Shown: positions 27,048 to 39,440, counted from the first letter of the stretch. The stretch: 64,000 nt of DNA from Eledone cirrhosa (GCA_964016885.1 OZ024748.1:3844001-3908000), one strand, 5' to 3'. Notes: generated by a model not told the origin, from the letters alone. Program-made: numbers and translations.

Positions 27048-27135
27048 CTGAAATTGCAGATGTTGTCCTTCGAGGAATATGTGTCCCAGAAAAACGCAAC
27101 ATTGTGCTAAATATCATTTTCGATGTGGAAGACAT
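27048..27135 (-). CDS. HIBADH: HIBADH exon 1 (mitochondrial presequence-like)
   Basis: ATG at 27135, MSSTSKMIFSTMLRFSGTHIPRRTTSAIS (S/T/R-rich, no acidic residues), CAG|GTAAT donor. With all exons the CDS is 999 nt = 332 aa. Confidence 0.75.
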
Positions 27136-27407
27136 AATAAAATTAATTTTCCTCTTAAAAAGAAAAAAAAAACAACCCCAATACGATGCAAACCGATCCG
27201 ATGAAAGTTGATCGAAAGGGAATTGATACACCGGTTTACGTTATAGAAGTAGACACATAGTTATCGCCCTTGGTTAACTCAGGCTTCCAGAGTTACCTGA
27301 CCGTGGTTTCTATATGTGTAAATCTATCTACCTACCTACCTACCTATCTACCTACCTACCTACCTATCTACCTACCTACCTACCTACCTACCTACCTATC
27401 TACCCAG

Positions 27408-27438
<31 letters not shown>

Positions 27439-27819
27439 ACTGATTCTTTTTTTTCAAATACCACTTTGGAAGAAGAATCAGGATGGAGAGAGAGGTGCTG
27501 TACTCCAGCAAGTTTTATGAAAGGTGGGTGAAAGTGGCGAGAATGGCCCGAGTGAATGGGCCTTCTCTCTATATCAGCCTGTAGGTTGAGGAAAAGGAGG
27601 AGGAGAGGAAAGGAGTACAAACTCTTCGTACTCCTGGAGATGAGGGTTGCACATTTTTTCGGGGGTATGTGTTACCCATATAAACTGTCTCCCCCTATTG
27701 GGGAAAATCGACTAATTTTTAAATTGCATTTGTGATAACATTTTACACGTTTTTATTGTATGTAAACTTCCCCCTTTGTATTTGTCCCCTTCTTTTGTGC
27801 CCCTGTGGCTAATAAAGAA

Positions 27820-27820
<1 letters not shown>
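27439..27820 (+). mobile_element. 5'-truncated Tx1/L1-like LINE 3' end in (TCTA)n
   Basis: FFKYHFGRRIRMEREVLYSSKFYERWVKVARMARVNGPSLYISL-TAG, a 3' UTR ending CCCCTGTGGCTAATAAAG, flanked by (TCTA)n. Confidence 0.65.
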
Positions 27821-27874
<54 letters not shown>

Positions 27875-28330
27875 AAACCGCCGCCTTCATTTAAGAACGA
27901 AGGAGAGGCGGGTTTCCTCTGTCTGGTGGCTATGGCGGACGAGGTTAAAAGGACTGAGGGCAAACACCTTTCTCTCCGGACAACAACTTATCCCCTTCTT
28001 TAAGTATCACTTCAGAAGGAAGGTGAGAGTGGAGAGAGAGGTGCTACACCCCAGTAAATTCGCTGAAAGGTGGGTGAATGTGGCAAAAATGGCCTGAGTG
28101 AGGAAGATAAACAGAGGGAAGACAGGAACACTTACAAAACGTGTTCTTGGTGTTGAGGGTTGTTCTATCCACGGGGTGTAAAACAACCCTGCAGTAACGT
28201 TCCCCCTATTGGGGATTTCAATTGTTATTTTATGATATATAGTTTATTGTTATTTATTAATGTTAAAGTTATTTTTATGTAAACCCCCCGCCGTCATTTT
28301 TTGTACGCCCCTGTGGCAAATAAAGAGAGA
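27875..28330 (+). mobile_element. Second diverged Tx1/L1-like LINE 3' end in (TCTA)n
   Basis: FLCLVAMA...FFKYHFRRKVRVEREVLHPSKFAERWVNVAKMA; ends CCCCTGTGGCAAATAAAG + (TCTA)n. Confidence 0.65.
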
Positions 28331-28511
28331 TATCTATCTATCTGTCTGTCTGTCTGTCCGTCTAATAGTTTTTTTTTATCGATCATATCGATTCCTGCAG
28401 TTATTTCAGTCTAGTACTGATTATATTGATCGCTATTTGTCGAACCACTTAGTTTGACATGGCTGCTTTTTTTTTTGTTGGTTCTGACAGGTGTAAACGT
28501 AAACACGCACG

Positions 28512-28617
<106 letters not shown>

Positions 28618-28815
28618 AAAGTACAGCATATTCGAAGCTCGAGCCGCAGCTAAGCCGACGAATGCCTTTAGAAGTGCAGCCAAGCACTCGACAAGGTATA
28701 AAACCTCAGAGTAATGACATACAGTTTAAAGGGCTTTGCAAATTGAAGATAGCGACCGGTAATTCAGCCGCGGAGACCGTAACAACGAAAGAACTGACTC
28801 GCGAGAAAAAATACC

Positions 28816-28871
<56 letters not shown>

Positions 28872-30411
28872 CCCAGTATGATCTCAGCCCTGTACATAAA
28901 GGGGCGTAACTACGTTAAAAGTTAGACCCTCCTCTGACTCCCTCTCCACGAATGGAAAAAAATCCTTATAAAAATCGGGCCTCTATCTCTTTCGATTACG
29001 AGTTCGATTAAGGCAGGGGTGGCAAACACGGGACCTGCAAACTACTTTACTATGGACCGCGACAGAACAATTATCGTGACTAATGAAGGAAAAATTGTTC
29101 CACTGTATATTGTACTAAACCACATATCTTACTGTCATATGTGTATTTATTTTGATGAAAATATATAAATATATAAATAGCAGCCGATAAGCTGAATTTG
29201 AGGGTGGCATTATAACTGGTGGAAATACACCATCACCACCTCGTCTCACGTTTGGTCTGCTTTTCCTCATCTGTAGGACGTAATGGCCATTTTTTTAGTT
29301 CTTGAGTTTGAGACACTTGGAATAAAGGAACGGCCTTCTTGTAACTGTTGATTGGTTGGTTGGCTATAGGTAGGGGTGGGGGTGGTTATCAGCACGGAAC
29401 GTAAAGGGGCGTAACTGTGTAACTAAAAGCATACCACATGACATCAGAAGTGGTCTTTACTCTACATGGATGCTCAACTGGCTTGAGCTGGAAATAACGG
29501 TTAGATCTTCCCCAATTCTCATATTCCACGTTTTTTTCCTTAAAGCAGGAAATACTAAGGGAAACAACTCAAGTAGGACAATGCCTCTTAAGGGTGGTAT
29601 ACGTATATATATATACACATATATATATAAGTAGTTCCACAACAGTTAATACACCATTTCCGAGAACAAATTGTTATCGGAAATAGTGAATTAACTGTTG
29701 TGGAACTACTTCTACCAAACTTGTCCCTATATATATATATATACAGTATATATATATATATACAGTATATATATATATATATATATATGAAATATATCCG
29801 GTATCAATGGCGTCTCTCGAAACGTAACAACCACCTGTATCGAACTAAAGAGCACCAGACTACGATCTCTAACTGGATTGTCGTGGATTATGTGAAAGGC
29901 ATATAATCGAAATATACACTCCCTTGACCATGAAAATACCGAAGTACATGAATTACTTGACATCCCTGCGCTGTGCATCTCCAATACTTATAACACTTTT
30001 AATACTTGCACTATCTTTAATGCTTATAATATTTCTCCACACACAGACTATATCAATCATATAAAGACTTTGCCACCAGATCTACCAACCTAACACTCTT
30101 ATTTACCTACCTAAGTGCCTCTACCACACATATCTCTCTGCCACACTATATAAACAAGACGCACATGCGTGCCACACATATAACATTTGCACTATATAAC
30201 CACTTATCTGCATGTTGTACTTTAACCTATATCTTTGATTTTTTTGATTGTACCTATTAATATAAATGTAATCTCGAAGTGTGTACTGCCACTCTAAATT
30301 CTGTAATGAATGTTGACCCACAATGTTTGAATATGTATCAATGTTTGAATATGTATTGGTATGTCTCTCGGCTGAAAAGGAGGTCATATAACTGTCCATG
30401 CATTAATAAAT

Positions 30412-30458
30412 TGCTCCGAAGAATCCAAACCTCGGTTTGGAGGAAACAGCTGTAAGCA
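30412..30458 (+). ncRNA. Minimal type I hammerhead-like motif (CCGAAGA core variant)
   Basis: TGCT-CCGAAGA-A-TCCAAAC-ctcg-GTTTGGA-G-GAAAC-AGCT-GTA-AGCA. Confidence 0.6.
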
Positions 30459-30659
30459 CAATAATGTTTTGAACAGTTCTTTGATTCTTATATTTCATAT
30501 AACTGCTCTGTAAATCATCTGATGTTTTTACATTGAGCTACTTAACTTACTGGTAATAAGGTAGTAATACATTACTGCCTACCACTATTTAGGGTGTGTG
30601 TAAAATACTTACAACTGCTTAAGGTTTTGTGTTTACATAACCATAAATAGTATAACTAA

Positions 30660-30732
<73 letters not shown>

Positions 30733-31171
30733 TAACAGATTAAACATATATATTTATATATATAGCATAAACAAAGTTTCATACACTTAACATTGTATGT
30801 GCTACCATTGTTCCGGGAGTCCAGTCATGGCCATCACTGTATAGAATTTTAAATTTTAGACCCACTAATTTTAATAACATTGCCTGCGATTATAATAAGC
30901 GACCTGCATTGTGTACAGATACACATACATACATGCAAACATACGTACATACATACACACATATATATAAATACATACACATACACACACATATATATAA
31001 ATACATACACATACATACACACACATATATAAATACATACACACACATACGTACATACGTACATATATACATAGATTCATATACACGCACATATATAAAT
31101 ACACACACGTATTACCTGCTTGGCTGACTGTTTGTCAATATAACATGTTAGCAGCTCACCACCTTCGCCTC

Positions 31172-31244
31172 GTCCCTGTAGCGCAGGGGATAGCGCGCTG
31201 GACTTCTAATCCAGAGGTCGTGGGTTCGAATCCCACCAGGGATG
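31172..31244 (+). tRNA. tRNA-Arg(TCT), intronless
   Basis: 73-nt cloverleaf: acceptor GTCCCTG/CAGGGAT, anticodon arm CTGGA-CTTCTAA-TCCAG, T loop TTCGAAT; oligo-T terminator at 31251. Confidence 0.95.
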
Positions 31245-31640
31245 ACTTACTTTTTTTTTGTTACTTTTAAAAATAGTTTTTTATTCATTTAAAAAGACGT
31301 TTTAAAAACAATGTCTGTTTCATTTTGTTTGAAATTTAATATATATAAAAAAAAATGACAATTGTATTTAAAATAATTTGGCTTGTGTAGAATACTAAAC
31401 ATTGTGGTGTGGTTAATAAATAAATAAATATATATATATAATATATATATACAATATTCAATACATAAACAGAGAAAGCCTTAAGCGATACTCCGACCAA
31501 CTCCATCTCACTCAACAAACATTAGGATATACCTAAGTATTATCCCAATTTAGTGTTTGGGGTGCTAATTAATCAGTATTTCGTGGATAGCTGGTTGTAT
31601 TATTTTATATGAGACATAATTAAATAACTATCTCTTTCCT

Positions 31641-31764
31641 TCCAGACGGCCGTTTCGTTATAAGATTTCTACAATTTGGGATAAATAATTTCCAGGTTAT
31701 GTAGAAACTTGTATATAATCCATAGTTTTATACACAAGCGGGCTCTTATAAACTCACCAGTGGA
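31641..31764 (-). ncRNA. Type I hammerhead-like motif with large branched helix II
   Basis: TCCA-CTGGTGA-GTTTATAAGA...TCTTATAAC-GAAAC-GGCC-GTC-TGGA; core position 6 is G instead of A. Confidence 0.6.
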
Positions 31765-32352
31765 TACCCAAATAATATCGATATAAGAATTATATCGACA
31801 TAAATATATATATAAAGGTAGAACACTGGAAGGTAATATCCGTAGTAGTAGAGCACTCAGTCCATGGGGCGAGTTTGGTAGAAGTAGTAAGACAACGGTT
31901 AGTTCACCAATTGTTCTCGGTATGGTGAACTAACTGTTGTGCTACTACTTCTATATATATACTCCCACTGTCACTGCCTCTGTCTCTCCCGCTCTCACTA
32001 TCATGAGAAAATGGGGTCCCACACGCTGGCTGCCTCGCGGCTCCGGGGACAGACTAGAGAAGGCGTTTCTCCGGAGGATGGTGAGGGAGACTGGAGGAAT
32101 CAAAAGTTCTTGTTATAATACTGTGGCCATACTGGAGCCTTTAAGGCTTTTCGTCTATCGATATCGACCTATTATTTATTTCTGTCAGGTAGTTATTGAA
32201 ACCAATAATTAGGTTAACTTGGGCTGAACTTCGCAGGTAAATCGCTAATTACGTCATTCACAGTCAACTTTCGTCACATTCCGTCATCAAAGTCGGCAGC
32301 TAATTGGCTTATGCTGCTGCTACTGCTGTTACTACTAATACTGCAGCTGCTG

Positions 32353-32394
<42 letters not shown>

Positions 32395-32410
32395 TTACTA
32401 CTACTGCTGC

Positions 32411-32442
<32 letters not shown>

Positions 32443-32491
32443 TTGCATGCTACTACTGCTGTTACTACTATTGCTGCTGCTGCTGCTGCTG

Positions 32492-32599
<108 letters not shown>

Positions 32600-32633
32600 T
32601 GTGCTTTCATTTAGCTTACACACACACAAGCCC

Positions 32634-33007
32634 ACATACAAACACAGACACACATACACGTACATACAAACACAGACACACATACACGTACATACAAACA
32701 CAGACACACATACACGTACATACAAACACAGACACACATACACGTACATACAAACACAGACACACATACACGTACATACAAACACAGACACACATACACG
32801 TACATACAAACACAGACACACATACACGTACATACAAACACAGACACACATACATGTACATACAAACACAGACACACATACACGTACATACAAACACAGA
32901 CACACATACACGTACATACAAACACAGACACACATACACGTACATACAAACACAGACACACATACATGTACATACAAACACAGACACACATACATGTACA
33001 TGCAAAC
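32634..33007. repeat. 28-bp minisatellite (ACATACAAACACAGACACACATACACGT)n
   Basis: About 13 tandem units just upstream of tRNA-Met 33063. Confidence 0.9.
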
Positions 33008-33023
33008 AAAAAAATCAACAGTC

Positions 33024-33044
33024 CAAGAGTATTGTGATAAAATA
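33024..33044 (+). promoter_or_regulatory. Conserved upstream element of tRNA-Met genes (CAAGAGTATTGTGATAAAATA, about -39 to -19)
   Basis: Identical 21-mer at 33024, 34290, 35582 and (minus) 60322-60342, at fixed distance from each gene while flanks differ. Confidence 0.7.
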
Positions 33045-33062
33045 AAGGCCTGGTGTTCAGTG

Positions 33063-33156
33063 GCCTCGGTAGCGCAGTAGGCAGCGCGTCAGTCTCATAA
33101 TCAAATCTGAAATCGGAGGAATCTGAAGGTCGTGAGTTCGATCCTCACCTGGGGCA
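33063..33156 (+). tRNA. elongator tRNA-Met(CAT) with 21-nt intron (33100-33120)
   Basis: Removing ATCAAATCTGAAATCGGAGGA after A37 gives a standard 73-nt eMet (GCCTCGG/CTGGGGC-A, TCAGT-CTCATAA-TCTGA, GTTCGA); T-run follows. Confidence 0.93.
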
Positions 33157-33964
33157 CATTTTTAAAAAAAAATATTATATATTTAAAAAATAATTTTTAA
33201 TAACAATCTTCCTCGTATTCTGATTATCATATAAAAGAAAATATCTACCCTTAATTACTGTTTTGAGGGAGGCAGGTGTGGTGGTAGTTTGTGGAGGCAG
33301 GTGTGAGTTGACGCACCCTTACCGGTGTTCCAATGAGGCCCACATTAAGAAGCGTTCCGCCCATGACCATCCTGTTGTATAATATAGTCACGTAGTTTCA
33401 GACATCATAATTTTTCTGGGTGTAGGTTGTGAATGGAATAACATTCAGAAAATGTAAAAAAAAAGGGTAATACCCGTGAAGGTGCTTGGTTGTTCCAACA
33501 CCTTAGCCTCGCTATCACCCACAGTAACGTTGTTAACGTGTTGGATTGCCTTAAAAAGTATTAGAAGGAGGCTCCTGCACTCGATGTAATGTGTGTCTGA
33601 TTGTCATACGTAGTGTTGACTTAATATTTTCGTCTTGATTCTATATTTTCATGTGAAATATTGATGTAATTAAGCAATAAAGATGTGTGTGTATGTGTTG
33701 AATTTGGACAACTTTCGTATTTCTGTTTATAATTTTAAGCTATCTTTACTATCAGTATATTTGTTTGGGATAAAAATGGTATCTTAAAATATATATTTCT
33801 AGGATATGATTAAAAAATGTAGAAATAACAGAGGATTAAATATATGAGTAACTTTGGAGAAATAACTATTTACAAAGATAAATCTAAAGTCGGGACTTTG
33901 TGATAGGAAAGCGACCTTCCCATTGTAGCAACATGCGTGTGCGTGTAGGCATATGATGTGTGTA

Positions 33965-34000
<36 letters not shown>

Positions 34001-34083
34001 TGTGTGTGTGTGTGTGTATGTGTGTGTGTGAGTGTGTGTGTGTGTGTGTGTGAGTGAGTGAGTGTGAGTGTGTGTGTGTGTGT

Positions 34084-34162
<79 letters not shown>

Positions 34163-34328
34163 TGAGTGTGTGTGTGTGTGTGTGTGAGTGTGTGTGTAAA
34201 TTGTAAAGTCTAACAGTTAGAGATATATATAAATATATACAAACATATGCTATATAAATACAAAAAAGTAAAGAACAAAAAAACCACTTCAAGAGTATTG
34301 TGATAAAATATTGCTGTTATCACCAGTT

Positions 34329-34422
34329 GCCTCGGTAGCGCAGTAGGCAGCGCGTCAGTCTCATAATCAAATCTGAAATCGGAGGAATCTGAAGGTCGTG
34401 AGTTCGATCCTCACCTGGGGCA
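34329..34422 (+). tRNA. elongator tRNA-Met(CAT) with 21-nt intron
   Basis: Identical to the 33063 copy; T-run terminator follows. Confidence 0.93.
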
Positions 34423-34744
34423 CAGTTTTTTCAATTTTTTTTTTCAAATATTATATTTTTTCTATTTTATAAAGAGTCTCTTTCATATTTTGATTATCAT
34501 ATGAAATTTAATATCTACCCTTAATTACTGTTTTGAAGGAGGCGATGACGTATCCATCATTCATTTTTCACAAATCATACCGGTGACCCATTGAGGGTGT
34601 AAACAAATTTAATGCTCTAGGCGAGTGTCGAACTCATGGCCTTCCGATATCTTAAGTTCATGTTTTGATTATGGGCCTGGTGCGTATCTACGGCAGTTAC
34701 GATCAATGCCATGAGGCCAGCACCAACACACAGTGAGGTTAAAC

Positions 34745-35555
34745 TGTGAGATTTGTGTTTTTATCACAAGAAGCTCGGAGTAAGTGCTACCAGGTGTAAA
34801 CAGCCATGCAGCTTCAAAAGCTCTTCATCATCAGCTCTGGAAACTGCTAGCCGCTCATTTAGGCGTCCAACACTTTCGCTATTTCATGAACAGTCGAACC
34901 ATCACCGTTCTTCACAGACCATAAACCACTCACGTTCTCTATGAGCAAGCTATCGGAGCAATGGTCAGCACTTCAACAGCGACAGTTATCAGCCATTTCT
35001 GAGTACACTACAAACATTCAGCACATATTTGGAAAAAGAAACCCAGCTGCTGATGCATTCTATAGAGCAGGCATGTCAAACACGCGGCTCGCGGGTCGTA
35101 TGCGGCCTCTTACAAGCACACCTGCGGCCCTTTACAAGCACACCTGCGGCCCTTTACAAGCACACCTGCGGCTCGCACAAAGGTTTTTACAGTGCGAGCA
35201 TGTTTTATCTTCGCAATATAAATACAAAATGTGTTGTAATGTGTGCAATTAGACAACACATGTGACCCATGTGGCCTTCAGTTTGTCATGCCTGCTCTAG
35301 AGCCCCTACTGACTCCCACACATACATAGCCTCGACAACGAAAGTCTTGACCGCAGCCCAACAAATAGATGGCATCCAGGTTATCTCCACCGCTGTCACT
35401 TCCCTTTTCTTGCAGGATATACATTTTGGCTCCAACGGAACAACTTCCCTTTGCAAGTTAACCACCTGGAAACCGCGACCAATCTTCCCCTTAGCTTAAC
35501 CCCGAAAAGGTTTTCATATTATTCACAGACTCTAATTCCCAGGTACCAGAGCAAA
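34745..35555 (+). mobile_element. Degenerate, internally deleted Ty3/Gypsy remnant
   Basis: Gag-like CFYHKKLGVSATRCKQPCSF; RNase H end FTDHKPL..QQRQLSAISEYTTNIQHIFGKRNPAADAF; pre-integrase LCKLTTWKPRPIFP...H...PG.RA; stops and frameshifts. Confidence 0.8.
35068..35294. mobile_element. hAT (Charlie-like) MITE
   Basis: TIRs CAGGCATGTCAAAC / GTTTGTCATGCCTG, 8-bp TSD CTATAGAG / CTCTAGAG; internal 22-bp tandem repeats. Confidence 0.85.
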
Positions 35556-35619
35556 GAAAAAAAACAACAACAAAAACACCGCAAGAGTATTGTGATAAAA
35601 TAAAGACGGTCTCCCAGTT

Positions 35620-35713
35620 GCCTCGGTAGCGCAGTAGGCAGCGCGTCAGTCTCATAATCACATCTGAAATCGGAGGAATCTGAAGGTCGTGAGTTCGATC
35701 CTCACCTGGGGCA
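35620..35713 (+). tRNA. elongator tRNA-Met(CAT) with 21-nt intron
   Basis: Same exons; intron ATCACATCTGAAATCGGAGGA; long T-run follows. Confidence 0.93.
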
Positions 35714-36647
35714 CATTTTTTTTTTTTTTCTTCGAATATAATATTTTTTATATTTTATAAAGAGTTTCCTTCGTATTTTGAATATCATATGAAATTTAAT
35801 ATCTACCCTTAATTACTCTTTTGAAGGAAGTGGGGTGGTGGTAGTGATGGTGATTTGACGTACCCCGTCATTCACCTTTCACAAATGATATCTGTGTCCC
35901 ATTGTGGCCCGCAATGAGAAGCGTTCCAACTATGATCATTCTGTTTTTTTAAAGGCATCTTGTATCAAGTACTAATACTTTACAATGTCTAATATAGTCC
36001 CCTAGTTTCAGACAACCTAACTTTTCTGGGTGTAGGTTGTAAATGAAATAACATTCAGAAAATGTAAAAAAAAAAAAAAGGTAATGCTCACCCGGGGCCC
36101 ACTTTTTTAGGGATATATATATATTTTTAGGGATATACACATATTCTGACTATCACACAAAATAAAATAGTAATGTAAACATTATCAGTTAAGGTAGCCA
36201 GGATAATAACACAATTCGAGGTCGTACCTGTACCAAAGATATACAAAACAAAATAAAACAAGACAAAAATTAAATGGTTCGACGCACCCATTCCTCAACC
36301 AAGAATGTCTTCTAATCTATGTCGAAGGCTAGCAGCTTTGTGGGAGTAGGGGTTAATCGTTTAAATAGACCCCAATTGTTGATTGGTAAAGTATTTTTTA
36401 TCGATCTTAGAAAGATGAAAGACAAAGTTAACCTAGTCAAGATTCGAACTCAGAACTTAAAAAAAGCCGGAACTAAACAGCACAACATATTCTGTCTGTT
36501 GCTCTAACGATTCTGGTAAGCCAACTGATTCAACTCCCAATTAATCGATATTGGAAATTGGTAATTTAATAACGAAGAAAACTAAGTTGAATGTTCAAAT
36601 ACATTTGATTGTGACTTGACTAGAAAATAGGTTATTTGTGACCAGCA

Positions 36648-36741
36648 GCCTCGGTAGCGCAGTAGGCAGCGCGTCAGTCTCATAATCACATCTGAAGTCA
36701 GAGGAATCTGAAGGTCGTGAGTTCGATCCTCACCTGGGGCA
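36648..36741 (+). tRNA. elongator tRNA-Met(CAT) with 21-nt intron
   Basis: Same exons; intron ATCACATCTGAAGTCAGAGGA; T-run follows. Confidence 0.93.
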
Positions 36742-37137
36742 ATGTTTTTTATATATTTTTTTTTATTAAAACAATATTCTGTGTGATTGTGTATGAAAGA
36801 AAGAGGAAATGAAAGAGAAAAGTCAAGGAAAAGCAACACGAGAGAACAACACAGACAGACACACGGACACACTCAGACACACAGACAGACATGTACACAC
36901 AGACAGATACATACACATTCAGATAGACAGTTACCATTGCCTTGCTCCTCTCTTTCTCTCACTGTTGATGCTTTAATCACTCTTACTTTCCCCCATCCCC
37001 TGCCGTGCTCCTCTCTCTATCTTGTTGCTCTTTTAACCATTCTTACTCCACCCACTCACTCACTCACCCCTCTCTCTCTCTCTGATTACCCTCTCTCTCT
37101 CTCCACCACTTTAACCCCCCCCCCCTCACTGGTCTAC

Positions 37138-37165
37138 TTGACAACTAAACAAATATATATCAAAC
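37138..37165 (+). promoter_or_regulatory. Conserved TATA-containing upstream element of tRNA-Arg genes (TTGACAACTAAACAAATATATATCAAAC, -45 to -18)
   Basis: Found at 37138, 38688, 39746 (one mismatch) and 41104, each starting 45 nt upstream of the tRNA. Confidence 0.6.
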
Positions 37166-37182
37166 GTCAGTCAACAGTATGC

Positions 37183-37255
37183 GTCTCTGTAGCGCAGGGG
37201 ATAGCGCGCTGGACTTCTAATCCAGAGGCCGTGGGTTCGAATCCCACCAGGGATG
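37183..37255 (+). tRNA. tRNA-Arg(TCT), intronless
   Basis: 73-nt cloverleaf, acceptor GTCTCTG/CAGGGAT, variable loop AGGCC variant; T-run follows. Confidence 0.93.
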
Positions 37256-38348
37256 ATTATTTTTTAGCGTATTTAATGTTTGTTTTTCTGAAAATGATTG
37301 TTTCTACATTTGGCACAAGGCCAGCAATTATCTCAGTACATTACTGGTACTTTATTTTATCGACCCCGTAAGGATGAATGGCAAAGTTGACCTCGGTGGG
37401 ATTTGAACTCAGACTGTAAAGGCCATAACTCTATGCTGCAAAGTATGGCGTCCGACGCTCTACCGATACTGCCAATCCACCGCCTTTTTCTGAAAATAAT
37501 AATCACTTCATTGCTTTTACTATTTAACGTCTTCCTTTCTTTCTTTCTTTCTTTTTTGTGCATCATCTGAGACCTCAGTAGGGCAGGTGATAGCGAGGCT
37601 AAGACTTTGGAATAACCAAGTAACTTTACCAGGAGCATCATCTGATCTATCAGTTATACCAGTTGATAGCGAGGCTAAGACACTGGAATAACTAAGTACC
37701 TTCACCAGGAACATCATCTGATCTATCAGTTATACCAGTTGATAGCGTGGCTAAGACGCTAAAACAGCCAAGCACCCACAACAGGAGTATCACTAGATAT
37801 CTCGGTAAGGTGATCCACCAACGATGACAAAAACTTCGTTGTCAATGGCCGCCCAACTCTCTTAAACGTCTCGAATACCACAGGCTGGAAAAATAATTAA
37901 AATTAATGAGAAATTTCGAGCGACTAGCTAAAATAATTAATTATTTCGTTACCAAGATATTAACTTAACATATGGTTCTTATATAATTAAATATAAAAGA
38001 GGGATAAACACAGATATAAACATACATGTGTTCAAATCGTAAGGGACCAAGTTCGCTAGGGTGAAAAAGATACTAACTATGAACAATATGGTTTGCCAGA
38101 CTCAATTTAAAACAATAAATCAAGAAAAGGAATACAAACTTATATTGGGCAACTGGTTCTGATATAAACTTAAGTTGGCAGAATTAAATCTAGATATGTA
38201 CCTTTTAAAAATGGCTGGTTTTGGCAGGGTTGCTACCAAAAGGGTTAATCCTATTAAAATTTCCTTAATAAGAATCAACGATGGAATATTTTACGTATTC
38301 TTCAGACATGTTTTTTTTAAACTGTTTCTTCTCACGAATCTAACTCTC

Positions 38349-38422
<74 letters not shown>

Positions 38423-38732
38423 TTCACTGCTTCTCTACCTTTTCTCTACTCTCTCATTATCTCTATTCCTCTTTGCCTTTCTTCTCTTTCTTTCTCTCAC
38501 TAGTTGCTCTTTTAATCACTCTTCTTACCTCCTCCCTCTCTCTTTAATCGTTCTTATCACCCACACATTCCTCCCTGCCATACTCCTCTCTATCTTTTCG
38601 CTCTTTTAATCGTTCTTACCCCCCTCCCCCTGTCTGATTACCCCTCTCACTCTCCCCACCACCACCCCAACACCCTCACTGGTCTACTTGACAACTAAAC
38701 AAATATATATCAAACAAGCGCTATTGCTGTGT

Positions 38733-38805
38733 GTCTCTGTAGCGCAGGGGATAGCGCGCTGGACTTCTAATCCAGAGGTCGTGGGTTCGAATCCCACCAG
38801 GGATG
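38733..38805 (+). tRNA. tRNA-Arg(TCT), intronless
   Basis: 73-nt cloverleaf as in the other Arg copies. Confidence 0.94.
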
Positions 38806-39383
38806 ATATTCTTTTAATGTTTGTTTTTCTTTAATAATGGTTTCTGATTTAGGCACAAGGCCAGCAATTTTGGGAGAAAGTCGATTACTGGTATTTTATT
38901 TTATCGACCCAGTAAGGATGAAAGGCAAAGTTAACCTCGGCGGGATTTGAACTTATACCGTAAAGGGCCGTAACTCCATGCTGCAAAGCATTGCGTCCAA
39001 CCCTCTACCGATACTGTTGTCGTTCACCTGATGGAGATCAAAGACCAGTGATTAGTTTCCAGATCACTGCGAGAAGATCGATGACAAACTTGGGTCTCAT
39101 ACTTCAGTAATGTACTGCAGACAAAATGGTGAATGCCTTGCCACAGAGATCAGCCAGCGATACCCACTGCATCAGCCACTTCACCTCACATGCCTTTTTC
39201 CAATTTCGAAGAGGAAAATGGGAGTTCAGGGACCGAGGAGGACACCAGAAGTCTCGATGGCGGCAGGATTGCTACCAAAAGGGTTCCTACCAAAATATTC
39301 CCTTAATAAGAATCAACAACGGAATATTTAACGTATTTTCCTGTCTTTTAGACATGTTTTTTTAAACTGTTCCTTCTCACCAA

Positions 39384-39440
<57 letters not shown>

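Noticed and set aside
32008-32100. GC-rich patch with GCCTCGCGGC resembling an HDV-like ribozyme L3/P3
   Set aside because: I could not build P1 and P2 of the double pseudoknot; left unassigned.
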